The notes under the pieces were generated by a model that was not told the DNA's origin, made no database searches, and saw only the letters and a program-made list of their open reading frames with translations. A program made the position numbers and the translations under genes. Positions 18,825 through 28,986 of a DNA stretch of 64,000 nucleotides are shown here, in pieces. Position 1 is the first letter of the stretch. Each line of letters begins with the position of its first letter. The stretch is from a virus, in the IMG/VR virus record IMGVR_UViG_3300048997_000130, positions 132,677 to 196,676 of that record; one strand, written 5' to 3'.

Positions 18825-19240
18825 TGTTGAACCAGACTTTAATCCTTAATTATATACGTCGATCAGTAGATAATCTGATTATTTCGGAACCTGCTACTGA
18901 TATGTTTGTGTTAATTAAATTACAAGATAATAATGTGTTGTATCTTCAACAGTTAGGGCCGATTGAAGATAATGAACATGAATATTGGATATTGGAGCTT
19001 CGAAATCAATATAATGGAGTTTTGGAAGCTATTCGATTTAGTAAAGAAGTCCCATATGCTAGGATTATTAATAGTAGCTTTCATACAGACTGGGTTATGA
19101 AAGTCTATGAACATTTCACATTTGCAATCACGCATTTATTGTCAACAACCATTGATTCGCTTCATGCAGCCGGTCTGAATATTGAAGAAATAAATGACGA
19201 AGTTCGACATGTTGTGGTTTCAACAGTTATGAATAAGTGA
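18821..19240 (+). CDS. hypothetical protein, tag family
   Basis: Ends VRHVVVSTVMNK. Confidence 0.7.
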   Translation: MMLNQTLILNYIRRSVDNLIISEPATDMFVLIKLQDNNVLYLQQLGPIEDNEHEYWILELRNQYNGVLEAIRFSKEVPYARIINSSFHTDWVMKVYEHFTFAITHLLSTTIDSLHAAGLNIEEINDEVRHVVVSTVMNK

Positions 19241-19440
19241 TGCGTGCTAGTTATAAATTCGGAGTGCGCTGGATAGCAGAAAATGATGAACCCATCGCTC
19301 AAACTCCTGAAGACGCAGTCGGTTTAATATCTATCTTGCTTTTAGCTGATCTGTTTGGGAAAACGCCAGAGATAGTTGCTCGGGATGTTTTTGATTATAA
19401 GAACAAGATGCTGGTGATACGAGACGTTATGGAGTCGTAA
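19237..19440 (+). CDS. hypothetical protein, tag family
   Basis: Ends LVIRDVMES. Confidence 0.65.
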   Translation: MMRASYKFGVRWIAENDEPIAQTPEDAVGLISILLLADLFGKTPEIVARDVFDYKNKMLVIRDVMES

Positions 19441-19451
19441 ATTTTACGACT

Positions 19452-19667
19452 TTGTTGATTATTTATGCTACGATGAGTGATAGATTATTGTGCGGTGTTG
19501 GACTCGGATTATTTTCTGTGGCATTGTTTTTATATTTCATAATCTTGCCACAAACCTCGCCAGCTAAACGTCTCGGGCTGCATCGAGAAGTCATGTTGAT
19601 GATTCTCCTTGGAGTAGCCTTCATAGCTTCTACTTTAATTAGCTGGTGTGTTCGGAATCCAATATGA
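19452..19667 (+). CDS. small membrane protein
   Basis: Two hydrophobic segments. Confidence 0.55.
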   Translation: MLIIYATMSDRLLCGVGLGLFSVALFLYFIILPQTSPAKRLGLHREVMLMILLGVAFIASTLISWCVRNPI

Positions 19668-19987
19668 AACTGGTGGATTTGGAACCACAATTCTTGAAGG
19701 TTATTGATGCGGATTCTCATTGTTACGTAGATACGATTCTAGAAGCTCAAGGTTTATTGTTTTTGTGTCCATTATGTTTTATTAATAATAATGGTCCGAT
19801 TGGAACACATTCAATATTGACTTGGTTCCGTGATAGAGGCGTTCCAGACGATCAAATTCCCATCCCTGGCCGATGGATAATGTCTGGTTCCGATTATTCC
19901 AATTTGAATTTATATCCTTCCATCCAACTCACGCTTGGATGTAAATGGCACGGCAATATAATCAACGGTAATATTCAGATATTATGA
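19646..19987 (+). CDS. DUF6527-like Cys/His protein
   Basis: LFLCPLC...W...NLNLYPSI...CKWHGNIING pattern. Confidence 0.55.
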   Translation: MCSESNMKLVDLEPQFLKVIDADSHCYVDTILEAQGLLFLCPLCFINNNGPIGTHSILTWFRDRGVPDDQIPIPGRWIMSGSDYSNLNLYPSIQLTLGCKWHGNIINGNIQIL

Positions 19988-20385
19988 CATCTAAAGCTAA
20001 TATATGTTATAGTATACACACTATTATCAAGGAATTGATTCATAATATAGAAAGCCATGATATTATCTTATATAAATTCCCGTATAATGTATGTATTAAA
20101 TTTAGCATGAATTATACATCAAATATGCAAATCAAAATTTGGTCCTTAAGTTGGTCTCGTAATAATGTATTCCAATCCAACATTTGGATTGTAGATTCTA
20201 CCAGATTACCAGAAAATGTCCAATTATTTAATGCATTTTTAAATGAAATTGTTGATCAATTCATATTAGATATGGAATCGATTATTGATAATGCTATCGA
20301 TAATCTTGCACTATTAAATTTAGACGTATCATGTTTACATACAATGATTGATAAAGTTATTGTTAATAAAGTAATGATTACATAA
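19984..20385 (+). CDS. hypothetical protein, tag family
   Basis: Ends IVNKVMIT. Confidence 0.68.
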   Translation: MTSKANICYSIHTIIKELIHNIESHDIILYKFPYNVCIKFSMNYTSNMQIKIWSLSWSRNNVFQSNIWIVDSTRLPENVQLFNAFLNEIVDQFILDMESIIDNAIDNLALLNLDVSCLHTMIDKVIVNKVMIT

Positions 20386-20390
20386 ATTAT

Positions 20391-20954
20391 GTGTTGTATA
20401 TTATTGGAAGAATGAGTATATCAAAATTAACTGCAGAGTTGAAGGCAATACCATTATCTTCTACTATTGATGAATCAATATTTAATCAAATTATCCATGA
20501 ATGCCGCATTATAACGAAAATCCGATATCATTCATATAATGCAGTTTTAACCCCAGAATTAATCCCGATAATACGAGTTAGATATCGGACTCAACTTTTA
20601 CATCGGCGTGTGCAGCGTTTTTTTATTGCTGGACAACCCATAATTGATCAAATATTATATTCTTTTGAATTGCCGATTCGAACAGCTTTTAAATCGAAAA
20701 TCGAATTATTCCTTGCTGAATATATTGCAAAAATTGAATCTGACGTTCGACAATCTATAATTAAATCCGGTCAAGATGAAAAGTTCCAAGATAAAATCAG
20801 ATTTAGGCGTTTAGAACGTTATCATAAAATCCAATCGGAACAACAAGAAACATTATATACAGAAATTAAACGTGCTTTTGATATTGGAATCACTCGCGAT
20901 GCTATCGTTACTATCATAGATACTGTATGTTGCCAAATTACTCATGACGAGTGA
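20391..20954 (+). CDS. hypothetical protein, tag variant
   Basis: Ends GITRDAIVTIIDTVCCQITHDE. Confidence 0.68.
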   Translation: MLYIIGRMSISKLTAELKAIPLSSTIDESIFNQIIHECRIITKIRYHSYNAVLTPELIPIIRVRYRTQLLHRRVQRFFIAGQPIIDQILYSFELPIRTAFKSKIELFLAEYIAKIESDVRQSIIKSGQDEKFQDKIRFRRLERYHKIQSEQQETLYTEIKRAFDIGITRDAIVTIIDTVCCQITHDE

Positions 20955-21024
20955 TAAACATGGCGCATTTATCCACTAAGCCGGCTCGAATCACGGGTTT
21001 CTGAATCGATGCTGCGAACTAATC

Positions 21025-21444
21025 ATGAATTTTGAATTTAAAATTCGGCAGAAAGTCATTGAATCCCTATCGATCCTACTTGAGAGACATGAACAAAATC
21101 CAATTTCCTCGCATATCGCTCCGATTGTGTTATTTAATTTCCGTGATATATCGAACATAATTCTATATATTAATCTGAAACATACTGCACATACTAATAG
21201 TTTAAGATTTGGATGCGAAATCAAGCGTGAATTCGATATGGTGACCATGTCAATTCCGAAACCGATTTCATTAAATTGTATTGGTGTACAAGAATTTGTT
21301 GATGAAGTGGTCTCTAGATCATCATATCATTTAGATAAAGACATCAGAGATTTGATGAATGGTTTCTCTGGATTAGGAATCGGAGCACATGAACTTCATC
21401 AACATATGTTGGAATTAATTGCTGCTGATATAATGGAATCATGA
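21025..21444 (+). CDS. hypothetical protein, tag family; paralog of the next ORF
   Basis: Ends ELIAADIMES. Confidence 0.72.
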   Translation: MNFEFKIRQKVIESLSILLERHEQNPISSHIAPIVLFNFRDISNIILYINLKHTAHTNSLRFGCEIKREFDMVTMSIPKPISLNCIGVQEFVDEVVSRSSYHLDKDIRDLMNGFSGLGIGAHELHQHMLELIAADIMES

Positions 21445-21858
21445 ATGTTTGAATCTAATATTCGGCCGCATGTTGAGAAAGCTGTCCGTTGTTTACTTGA
21501 TAGATTTGATTCCAATCATTTGGATTATGATAAAATAAAATTATTGCGAATTCACAATGAATCATGGGTGACTGTTTCCATCAAAGCCGAAATCCATCCT
21601 ATTTATAAAGTAGCTTTTAGACTATATGGTCACTTTTGGAGACCCAATAGGACGATAGAGACTTCGATATTCCATTATCCAGTATTAGATAATCATTCAA
21701 TGGAGACGTTCATTGAACAAATAATTGACGCGATTTCAGATAGAATCCAAACGCATTTATTAGAATTTATTCAAGCTTGTTCCACGGTTGGTGTTGAAAA
21801 ACAATATCTTAACCAATATTTATTGGATCATATTGCTCAAGAAATAATGGAGTCATGA
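21445..21858 (+). CDS. hypothetical protein, tag family
   Basis: Ends DHIAQEIMES. Confidence 0.72.
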   Translation: MFESNIRPHVEKAVRCLLDRFDSNHLDYDKIKLLRIHNESWVTVSIKAEIHPIYKVAFRLYGHFWRPNRTIETSIFHYPVLDNHSMETFIEQIIDAISDRIQTHLLEFIQACSTVGVEKQYLNQYLLDHIAQEIMES

Positions 21859-22118
21859 AGGTTCAATTCGAAAACCTCCGATATTTTCTGAAGTGGTATT
21901 GGGGGCTAGATTTGCGTCGTGCAGATTCCGAATCTGAAACTTCCAGATTCACGGGAATTTATAAAACGGGTTTTATAGTAAGCGGTCCTCGTCCTGGATT
22001 TAAATGGAGCAAAGATCGAAGATATCGATCTCTTTTAGAAATTGCTAGAATATTTGAATATGATAAATATCGTAGTGATTCGTTGGAACGTTTGGCTGCA
22101 GGAGTCATGAATACTTGA
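21855..22118 (+). CDS. hypothetical protein, tag family
   Basis: Ends RLAAGVMNT. Confidence 0.65.
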   Translation: MKVQFENLRYFLKWYWGLDLRRADSESETSRFTGIYKTGFIVSGPRPGFKWSKDRRYRSLLEIARIFEYDKYRSDSLERLAAGVMNT

Positions 22119-22166
22119 ATTTCGTAAATCATTCGATATCATTCATAATTACGTCTGGAGATTCTA

Positions 22167-23411
22167 ATGGACGTACAAAGCCGACATCGACAAGAAGACG
22201 GGACCTGGAAAATTCCGGACCATTCGTTGCCAGAGCTCATGCAGCGAGTCGAGAAGCTCAATAAGAGGACCAAGAAGACTAGCGGGAACGGACTTTCACT
22301 CGAGAAAGTCGGAGAATGCACGGAAGAGATTCAAGACGAAGAGAAGGCATTTCCTGACGTCAGGAAATATGTTTTTATCAAAATTTCCGGCGAAATCCCT
22401 GTCATTAATGGTCATGCGTTTATTGCTCGCATTGAACATCATGTTACCGGCAATATCATATCGAAATCCCCACGATTTTTTGATTTCCCGTTGGCCGAGG
22501 AATTTCGAACCTGCACTGCAAATTGCGAACACTGTAATACGCTTCGGCAACGTAAAGACACCTTTATTTTGCGAACCGAAGACGGGACTTTGAAGAAAAT
22601 CGGCCGGAACTGTCTTGCTGATTTTCTTCGTGGTTCGAACGTCCAAGACGTGCTCCAGTTGTGGTCTTTGATAGATTCTATTGAGAAGCTTCTGGACGCA
22701 GCAGAATCGGATTTGGAAGGCAGTTCTAGTGGTGGAGGACGGTCTTACGTTCGTTTGTCGAATTATTTGGCTTGTACGGCTTCTGCTGTTCGGAACTTTG
22801 GATGGGTGAGTCGCGCAAAAGCTGAAGAATTTCAGAAACAAGCTACTGCTACGGTGGCAGATTGGCTATGCGGCAAAGCTCCTAAATCGCCTCGAGAATA
22901 CGAAGAATGGAAGAGTTGCCAACCCACGGCAGTAGATTTGGCAACGGCCAAATCGGTCATGGATTGGGTTGAGACTTTTTCCGGAAAATCAGATTTGAGT
23001 GAATATTTCTGGAATATGAAAGCCGCTTTTGATTTGGGTTATGTTAGCGCTCGCAATTCTGGACTTATTGCGAGCGCAGTCATTTCCTATCTTAAAGAAA
23101 TGGAGCTTTTGCAAAAGAAACAAGCTCGTGCTGACGTTCCGGATGGCGGCCATTTTGGCATTCCGGAGAAGCGTTATGATTTTACTAATTTGACTGTGCT
23201 CACTGTTCGTAATTATGAGAACGATTACGGCACTGTTACCATGCTTATCATGTCAGATGCTGAAAATCATCAGTTTAAATGGAACGCCAGCGGTTCCAAA
23301 GATTTCAAAGCCGGCCAGACGGTATCAGGTAAAGGCACTGTTAAGAAGCATGATATGTACGAAGGTCGCCATGTAACGATTTTGACTCGTTGTAATTTGA
23401 CTATCTCCTAA
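22167..23411 (+). CDS. conserved large-phage protein with Zn motif and probable C-terminal OB-fold
   Basis: CEHCNTLRQRKDTF...IGRNCLADFL motif; beta-rich C-terminus (FKWNAS...VSGKGTVKKHDMYEG...TILTRC). Confidence 0.6.
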   Translation: MDVQSRHRQEDGTWKIPDHSLPELMQRVEKLNKRTKKTSGNGLSLEKVGECTEEIQDEEKAFPDVRKYVFIKISGEIPVINGHAFIARIEHHVTGNIISKSPRFFDFPLAEEFRTCTANCEHCNTLRQRKDTFILRTEDGTLKKIGRNCLADFLRGSNVQDVLQLWSLIDSIEKLLDAAESDLEGSSSGGGRSYVRLSNYLACTASAVRNFGWVSRAKAEEFQKQATATVADWLCGKAPKSPREYEEWKSCQPTAVDLATAKSVMDWVETFSGKSDLSEYFWNMKAAFDLGYVSARNSGLIASAVISYLKEMELLQKKQARADVPDGGHFGIPEKRYDFTNLTVLTVRNYENDYGTVTMLIMSDAENHQFKWNASGSKDFKAGQTVSGKGTVKKHDMYEGRHVTILTRCNLTIS

Positions 23412-23470
23412 ATAATATAATTTCTTTAGAACTTGATACTGATTTTTTATTATAAAATGGCAGATATAAA

Positions 23471-24487
23471 ATGAAGCTCAATGGGATCCATGCATTCGAA
23501 TTTAATTATTTGAAAGATGAATACCCATTATCACAAGAATGGAGGGATATTCAAGCCTTTGAACATTCTGTGACTGTATGTGATGTTAACATCGTGCTAT
23601 TTGGAATGTCAGCCACACATAAATCCGGAAAAGAAATATCTGCTAGTTCCATTCATGATTTCGAACATATTGCTAGTGGTGGACTAGCTGCAGCATATTT
23701 TGAACTGTTGGAAAGGACGGCTCTTATAGAAGCTTCTTCCGTTCCCCATTTCCCGATTATTAATTATCTTGGCGAAGAATTCGGGCAAATCGATTATACG
23801 AGAGTGTTTCCCGGATCACCAGATCCACGCTGGAAATATTCATTATCGAATGGCATATCGGCCAATATTGGAAGAGAAGCTGCATGTAAATCAGCCAATT
23901 TTGAATTAATTGAACGCGATTTAATTTTGAGATCTTGGTATGATAATTTGAAATCTATTAAAGTTTCTAACTGGGTCGAGTTCCCAACATCTTTCAATGA
24001 TAATTATGACATCCAATCTTATTCATTTTCGAATTCTGATCAAGATTGTTCTGTTGTTGGTATATTCGGTTTCCCGAAAATCCATATTCCATTAATCTAT
24101 GGATTTGGAGCTCGAGCTACTATTGATGAAGCTATTGCTGTGGCAAAGCGCGAATGCATTCAAAGACTTGGATTTTTGTGGGGCGAATCTATACCTTCGC
24201 AAGCTCCGACTTTAAAATGCACTGCAGAATTCCATCAAGCATTTTATTTATATCCGCCGCATCATATTAAACTTCGGAACTGGTTAGATAATGATCTTGG
24301 TCGGATGATGCATGTTCCTACCTGTAAAATCGAAAATCGACAATTCATCGATTTGACTCCTGATCATTTGAAGCACAAAATGTACGTTGTGAAAGCACTT
24401 CTAAAAAGTGAAATCCCTTTAACATTTGGACTTCCAAGATCATGCAATCGGATTTATCCGGACAGAACAATTCATCCAATAGCGTAG
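23471..24487 (+). CDS. ycaO: YcaO-like family protein
   Basis: AAYFELLERTA and SNGISANIGREAACKSANFELIERD ATP-binding motifs; C-terminal HPIA. Confidence 0.75.
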   Translation: MKLNGIHAFEFNYLKDEYPLSQEWRDIQAFEHSVTVCDVNIVLFGMSATHKSGKEISASSIHDFEHIASGGLAAAYFELLERTALIEASSVPHFPIINYLGEEFGQIDYTRVFPGSPDPRWKYSLSNGISANIGREAACKSANFELIERDLILRSWYDNLKSIKVSNWVEFPTSFNDNYDIQSYSFSNSDQDCSVVGIFGFPKIHIPLIYGFGARATIDEAIAVAKRECIQRLGFLWGESIPSQAPTLKCTAEFHQAFYLYPPHHIKLRNWLDNDLGRMMHVPTCKIENRQFIDLTPDHLKHKMYVVKALLKSEIPLTFGLPRSCNRIYPDRTIHPIA

Positions 24488-24762
24488 CTCAATACTGGAC
24501 TACGCGTTCCGGAGAGAAGATACTCGTTGAAGAAATGACCGATTCGCATATAAATAACGCTGTCCAATATTTGATTAGACAACTAACTGACTGGGATAGG
24601 CAAACTGGGATCGATCTTGGCAACATTGACTCCGAAGCCGGCCCGTCTGTAAATCTTCCGATTTTGTATTTTCCGCAAGTTGAATTGGTGGCTGAAGCGT
24701 TAACTAATTTAGAAATGCTTCAAAAAGAACAAAATAGAAGATCTCGTCAAAATTTCTATTGA
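24442..24762 (+). CDS. hypothetical phage protein
   Basis: WTTRSGEKILVEEMTDSHINNA motif of a type common in phage small proteins. Confidence 0.6.
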   Translation: MQSDLSGQNNSSNSVAQYWTTRSGEKILVEEMTDSHINNAVQYLIRQLTDWDRQTGIDLGNIDSEAGPSVNLPILYFPQVELVAEALTNLEMLQKEQNRRSRQNFY

Positions 24763-24772
24763 CGAGATAAAT

Positions 24773-26200
24773 ATGGCTAAGCGTTGCATTTGGATACCAC
24801 TCGGTATTGCATTCTGGATTACTAATATCGCACAGGCTCAACAGCCGACTCCGCCGGCTTCTTGTGCTCCAGCTATTGCAGCAGCCACGTCTTGTACGTT
24901 AAGTTCGCAGTGTCCTACTGGACAAATTTGCACACTTGACTATAATCAACAGATAAAACATGCTTGGACGTCTGGGCATTGTTTAGATCCAAGCGGCAAA
25001 GTTAACGCGCAACCGGCTGTCCAAGCCGATTTATGTACTTTGCCCATTCCTTATAACTTTTCCGCCGGAGTCTTATATAATTTGCCTGGACAATCTCGAA
25101 TTCGAATCGAAAGTCCAGGGCTCATTATTTATAGACACACTATATTGGCAGGTAACGGTGCACTTTTAGTATTGCCAAATCAAGCGCCATGGTTTACAGC
25201 TCTCCGTGTGGTGGTACCACTCGATGGTGAATTTATATATGAAATTAACGGGAAGCATGCCAGTTTTAGTGCAGTAGAAGATCTTGCTATAACTCCTGAT
25301 GCCAATATTCTTCCCAATCCGTTATCTGTTCCCAACCAGCATATTGGACTCCAAGTGGCAGCTCACGGAGTGCGTTTATTCAATATTCAAATTCACAGAC
25401 TTGGAAAATGCATTGAAGTTTATGGCGAAGGTGGTCATGCCAATAGTAATGCCACTCAAAGCTATTCCACTTTGATGAATAACTGTTGGGGATACGGCGA
25501 ACGGATCCGAGGAGGCGATTCTAATGGAGGCGTGTTCATTGGAGAAGAACTCATTGGTGGAGTCGGATTGCGCGATAGTGCATTCTTAGGAAATCTCCAT
25601 CTTGGGCCGATGGTTCAAGGCAATGATAAAGTCTCCAATAGTTCAGAAGAGGGGCCGACTCCGAAGAAATATTCATTGGATTTTTCCAGTGGGAATTATT
25701 CTACAATAGTTCATCCATATATTGAACTTTCAGAAGCAAAACCTTTAGGAACGTGGACTAATTTGATTGCTGGAGGCCAAGCTGTTGCGCGTTGGGAACT
25801 TGGAGAACGCGTTGGGGGTCAGTATTCTCGTTTAGTGTTCAGGAACCAAACCAGTGATCGTCGTTACAAATTCATTCTTGGACGAGAAACCGAACCTATG
25901 TTTTGGCAAGCTTACACACCTGATAACATTGCTGCAGAACCATATGGTCACAGACTAGAATATCGACCTGAATTTGATGCTTGGCAAATTGGAAGTGAAG
26001 CTTTCGTTCCAGCAGGTTTGGGTTCAGATAGATATGTGCTCCGTTTCCGGACTTCAAAAATTATACTCAATGCTGGGATTTTCTCACCTGGTCCGAAATT
26101 AACGCCGCTTTCTGAAAGCGGTTTATCAATGTGTACTGATGGAATTGATAATGACGGTGATACTAAAATTGATGCGTTAGATCCTGGATGTTCCCCATAA
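24773..26200 (+). CDS. secreted Cys-rich protein with C-terminal CxDGxDNDGD metal-binding repeat
   Basis: Signal peptide (...WITNIAQA|QQP), CTLSSQCPTGQIC knot, terminal CTDGIDNDGDTKIDALDPGC. Confidence 0.65.
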   Translation: MAKRCIWIPLGIAFWITNIAQAQQPTPPASCAPAIAAATSCTLSSQCPTGQICTLDYNQQIKHAWTSGHCLDPSGKVNAQPAVQADLCTLPIPYNFSAGVLYNLPGQSRIRIESPGLIIYRHTILAGNGALLVLPNQAPWFTALRVVVPLDGEFIYEINGKHASFSAVEDLAITPDANILPNPLSVPNQHIGLQVAAHGVRLFNIQIHRLGKCIEVYGEGGHANSNATQSYSTLMNNCWGYGERIRGGDSNGGVFIGEELIGGVGLRDSAFLGNLHLGPMVQGNDKVSNSSEEGPTPKKYSLDFSSGNYSTIVHPYIELSEAKPLGTWTNLIAGGQAVARWELGERVGGQYSRLVFRNQTSDRRYKFILGRETEPMFWQAYTPDNIAAEPYGHRLEYRPEFDAWQIGSEAFVPAGLGSDRYVLRFRTSKIILNAGIFSPGPKLTPLSESGLSMCTDGIDNDGDTKIDALDPGCSP

Positions 26201-26232
26201 CGCCTTAGACTTATCGTTGATATTGTTTAAAT

Positions 26233-26496
26233 GTGATACATAATCCAGTTGTTCCAATTGAATATGTAAGGACTGAACTCGGCGAAGAAGCCATGTTAGA
26301 AATAATTTCTATATTCGATACTGAGCAAATTGAATTTACACGGTCTCCCAGCCGAGTTTTAGCGTCTGAATACAGCCATTCTACTATCGAACAAAATACT
26401 CCATCTCGAACATTTGTTGCAGTCTCATTCGATCGACGATATATCTATCAATATGATATAGATGGTTATGGTGAATGGCGCGAATGTGCTAGATGA
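26233..26496 (+). CDS. hypothetical protein
   Basis: 87-aa ORF. Confidence 0.55.
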   Translation: MIHNPVVPIEYVRTELGEEAMLEIISIFDTEQIEFTRSPSRVLASEYSHSTIEQNTPSRTFVAVSFDRRYIYQYDIDGYGEWRECAR

Positions 26497-26532
26497 TTAT
26501 TTTGGTTGGATTCTGATTGCCAATTTCCATGA

Positions 26533-27027
26533 TTGGCTTCTCGAATTGAATCTTCGGTATTCACATCATGTAGATATGAATATTATTTTTATAGAAATAT
26601 TATGAATTTGACTGGAAATTATGAAACTATAACAATTGATGATTCGTCTTGGTCTCTTCGATGTAGTTGGTATAAAGAATCTCATCATTGGTCGGTATGT
26701 ATACGGATTTGTTTGAACAGTAAACCTGTGGAAGAACTTGTATATTATGTGATTCCTGGTGGGAATTGGTCTGTGAGCGATTCAAGAATGGTTCCCAATA
26801 AACTAAATTCTATGCAAATTGCTAATTTGATTGAGAAACGCTTGATTTCCAGTATGGCGCCATTGCCGCGCCCTATTGATATCGCCGAGTTCATGGATCG
26901 AGTACACAAACTCGCGCTGGTGGAAATGTTTCGGCAATTCGCAAAAGAATGGACAGGCGATATTGCAGTGGAAGATATTGCTTGTATTTGGGCCGAAGAA
27001 CAATATCGCGGAGTTATGGAATCGTAG
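26533..27027 (+). CDS. hypothetical protein, tag family
   Basis: Ends EEQYRGVMES. Confidence 0.7.
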   Translation: MASRIESSVFTSCRYEYYFYRNIMNLTGNYETITIDDSSWSLRCSWYKESHHWSVCIRICLNSKPVEELVYYVIPGGNWSVSDSRMVPNKLNSMQIANLIEKRLISSMAPLPRPIDIAEFMDRVHKLALVEMFRQFAKEWTGDIAVEDIACIWAEEQYRGVMES

Positions 27028-27030
27028 ATT

Positions 27031-27507
27031 ATGAATATTGTTTGGTGTAGTGAAAGATCGCTGGAATCGCTGGGTTTGCGCGGTCTGTCGATTTTATCAG
27101 AATTGACAGATAATGGTGGAGTTTTCCTATCAATTAAAACTCCTAACAACCATAAATACTGTGCTACTATCAGCTTTGTAAAGCATATGATATTGTTCTC
27201 CACGCCTGAGAATCGTGTGGCTCAAGTCATTAGTTATGACATATTGATTAAATATATTAAGACTTCGTTCAGCGGGTTTTTATATGAACTCGTTAATACG
27301 AATGAAGGTTTGCCTTGGATAATTATGTTTCGCGAGGACATTATTTCTAATAATTTGGGCGAAACGCTCGCAGATATAATATCCCCTATTGTGGTTCAAA
27401 TGTTAGATGAATCAAAAAAGAATTCAATATTCTTAAGTATTCGTGCTATGGATGGTCAACCACGAGAATTTGTTATTGACGAGCTTTCCATAGAAGCAGT
27501 ATCTTAG
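27031..27507 (+). CDS. hypothetical protein
   Basis: 158-aa ORF. Confidence 0.62.
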   Translation: MNIVWCSERSLESLGLRGLSILSELTDNGGVFLSIKTPNNHKYCATISFVKHMILFSTPENRVAQVISYDILIKYIKTSFSGFLYELVNTNEGLPWIIMFREDIISNNLGETLADIISPIVVQMLDESKKNSIFLSIRAMDGQPREFVIDELSIEAVS

Positions 27508-27519
27508 CTGAATAATTGA

Positions 27520-28059
27520 TTGAATATGCAATTTGAACATGATTATTTAATGAATATTGAAGGATTATCTAACGCTACAGTCCATACTTCATTAACAATC
27601 AATACCATTCAACTTCATGAACTTCATGTGACTATGAACATATGTGGTCATACTAATAAATCTACCATCATTTTCTTGCATCCTGATATGGTCCGATTTT
27701 CCGTGCAGCACGTATCCATGAGAATGATTCCGCATCATCCGACAATGATATTTCTGGAAGTGGTGGATTATTATAAGCAGATGATATCTCATATGTTACT
27801 TGGTTTGCTCAAAGATGTCCCATCACCCATGTTATTGTGGACAGTATCTTTTAAGCAGCAAATATCATCCGGTAAAATTACTGACAAACTATCTGAACCA
27901 ATAACTATATTCCTTAAACAGATTTTCGATGATACTAAGAAACACATTATGGAATTTGCTTTTCGTTCATTTCTGATGAACATTGGCAAATGGGTGAATT
28001 TCGAAGATATTGAAAAAATATGGCATGAATATGTGGCTAATGATATCATGACCGATTAG
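27520..28059 (+). CDS. hypothetical protein, tag family
   Basis: Ends EYVANDIMTD. Confidence 0.68.
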   Translation: MNMQFEHDYLMNIEGLSNATVHTSLTINTIQLHELHVTMNICGHTNKSTIIFLHPDMVRFSVQHVSMRMIPHHPTMIFLEVVDYYKQMISHMLLGLLKDVPSPMLLWTVSFKQQISSGKITDKLSEPITIFLKQIFDDTKKHIMEFAFRSFLMNIGKWVNFEDIEKIWHEYVANDIMTD

Positions 28060-28088
28060 ATTTTAAGATTATTTATATTCATTGTATA

Positions 28089-28973
28089 TTGTGTGAAGTG
28101 GAACAAATATTGATTCAAGATTTTTTAATTGCAGCCGCTAGAGTATCTGGCGTCATAGATTCAGATTTAGTCGGATTTATAAATGAGTCTGATCCAATTA
28201 CAGCTGAATTGAACTTCCGAAAGCTTTGGGACTTAGTCATGCTTTCCAGCCGTCCAGATAGAGGCTTAGATCAATTGCGCGTTGATGGTATTCTAGAACA
28301 TTTCTTCCCGGAAGTGGAGGAAATAGTAGGATTCGGTGGACAAGGCCATAAAGAACTCTGGCCACATACTATTCAAGTCGTACTCCAAACCAAACCTAAT
28401 ATAATTGTCCGCTGGGCAGCATTATTTCATGATGTCGGAAAAGTCAAGACATTTGCTGATGATGGAGATAAAATTTCATTCCATGGTCATGAAATAGTTA
28501 GCACCAGATTATTCTCTGATGCATCGAGAAGGACCGGATTTTTCTCTTCTGACGAGACTAAACACATCAAATTTTTGATCAGGAATCTCGGAAAAGTGGA
28601 AAGTTATACCACTATTTGGACTGATTCTGCTGTTCGCAGATTAGGTGAACAAATATTGGATAATTTGGACAATATCCTCGATTTGGCTCGAGCCGATGTA
28701 ACCACTAAACATGAAGACAAGAAATTTTGGCATCGTGAAAAAGTCAACGATCTGGAAAAGCGGATTCGAGAACTTCGAGAAGAGGATGCTGTTCCTTCTG
28801 CGCTTCCAAAGGGTTTAGGCAATGCTTTGATGAAAGAATTTGATTTGCCGCCGTCTAAAAAACTCGGCGATCTTATGAAATCATTAGAACAAGATGTGGA
28901 ATCAGGTACGTTGCCACGTTTGGCCACGTTTGATGTTTATATTAATTATATCAAAAATGCCGATATTCTATAA
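28089..28973 (+). CDS. HD-domain phosphohydrolase of the CCA-adding-enzyme type, lacking the nucleotidyltransferase head
   Basis: HKELWPHTIQV, RWAALFHDVGK, SFHGHEIVS, LARAD, GNALMKEFDLPPSKKLG; no GGxVRD/DxD head domain. Confidence 0.78.
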   Translation: MCEVEQILIQDFLIAAARVSGVIDSDLVGFINESDPITAELNFRKLWDLVMLSSRPDRGLDQLRVDGILEHFFPEVEEIVGFGGQGHKELWPHTIQVVLQTKPNIIVRWAALFHDVGKVKTFADDGDKISFHGHEIVSTRLFSDASRRTGFFSSDETKHIKFLIRNLGKVESYTTIWTDSAVRRLGEQILDNLDNILDLARADVTTKHEDKKFWHREKVNDLEKRIRELREEDAVPSALPKGLGNALMKEFDLPPSKKLGDLMKSLEQDVESGTLPRLATFDVYINYIKNADIL

Positions 28974-28986
28974 AATATCGGGGGAT

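Noticed and set aside
28089-28973. HD protein as the missing Cas3 nuclease half
   Set aside because: Its motifs are those of CCA-enzyme HD domains, and it lies 20 kb from the cas operon.
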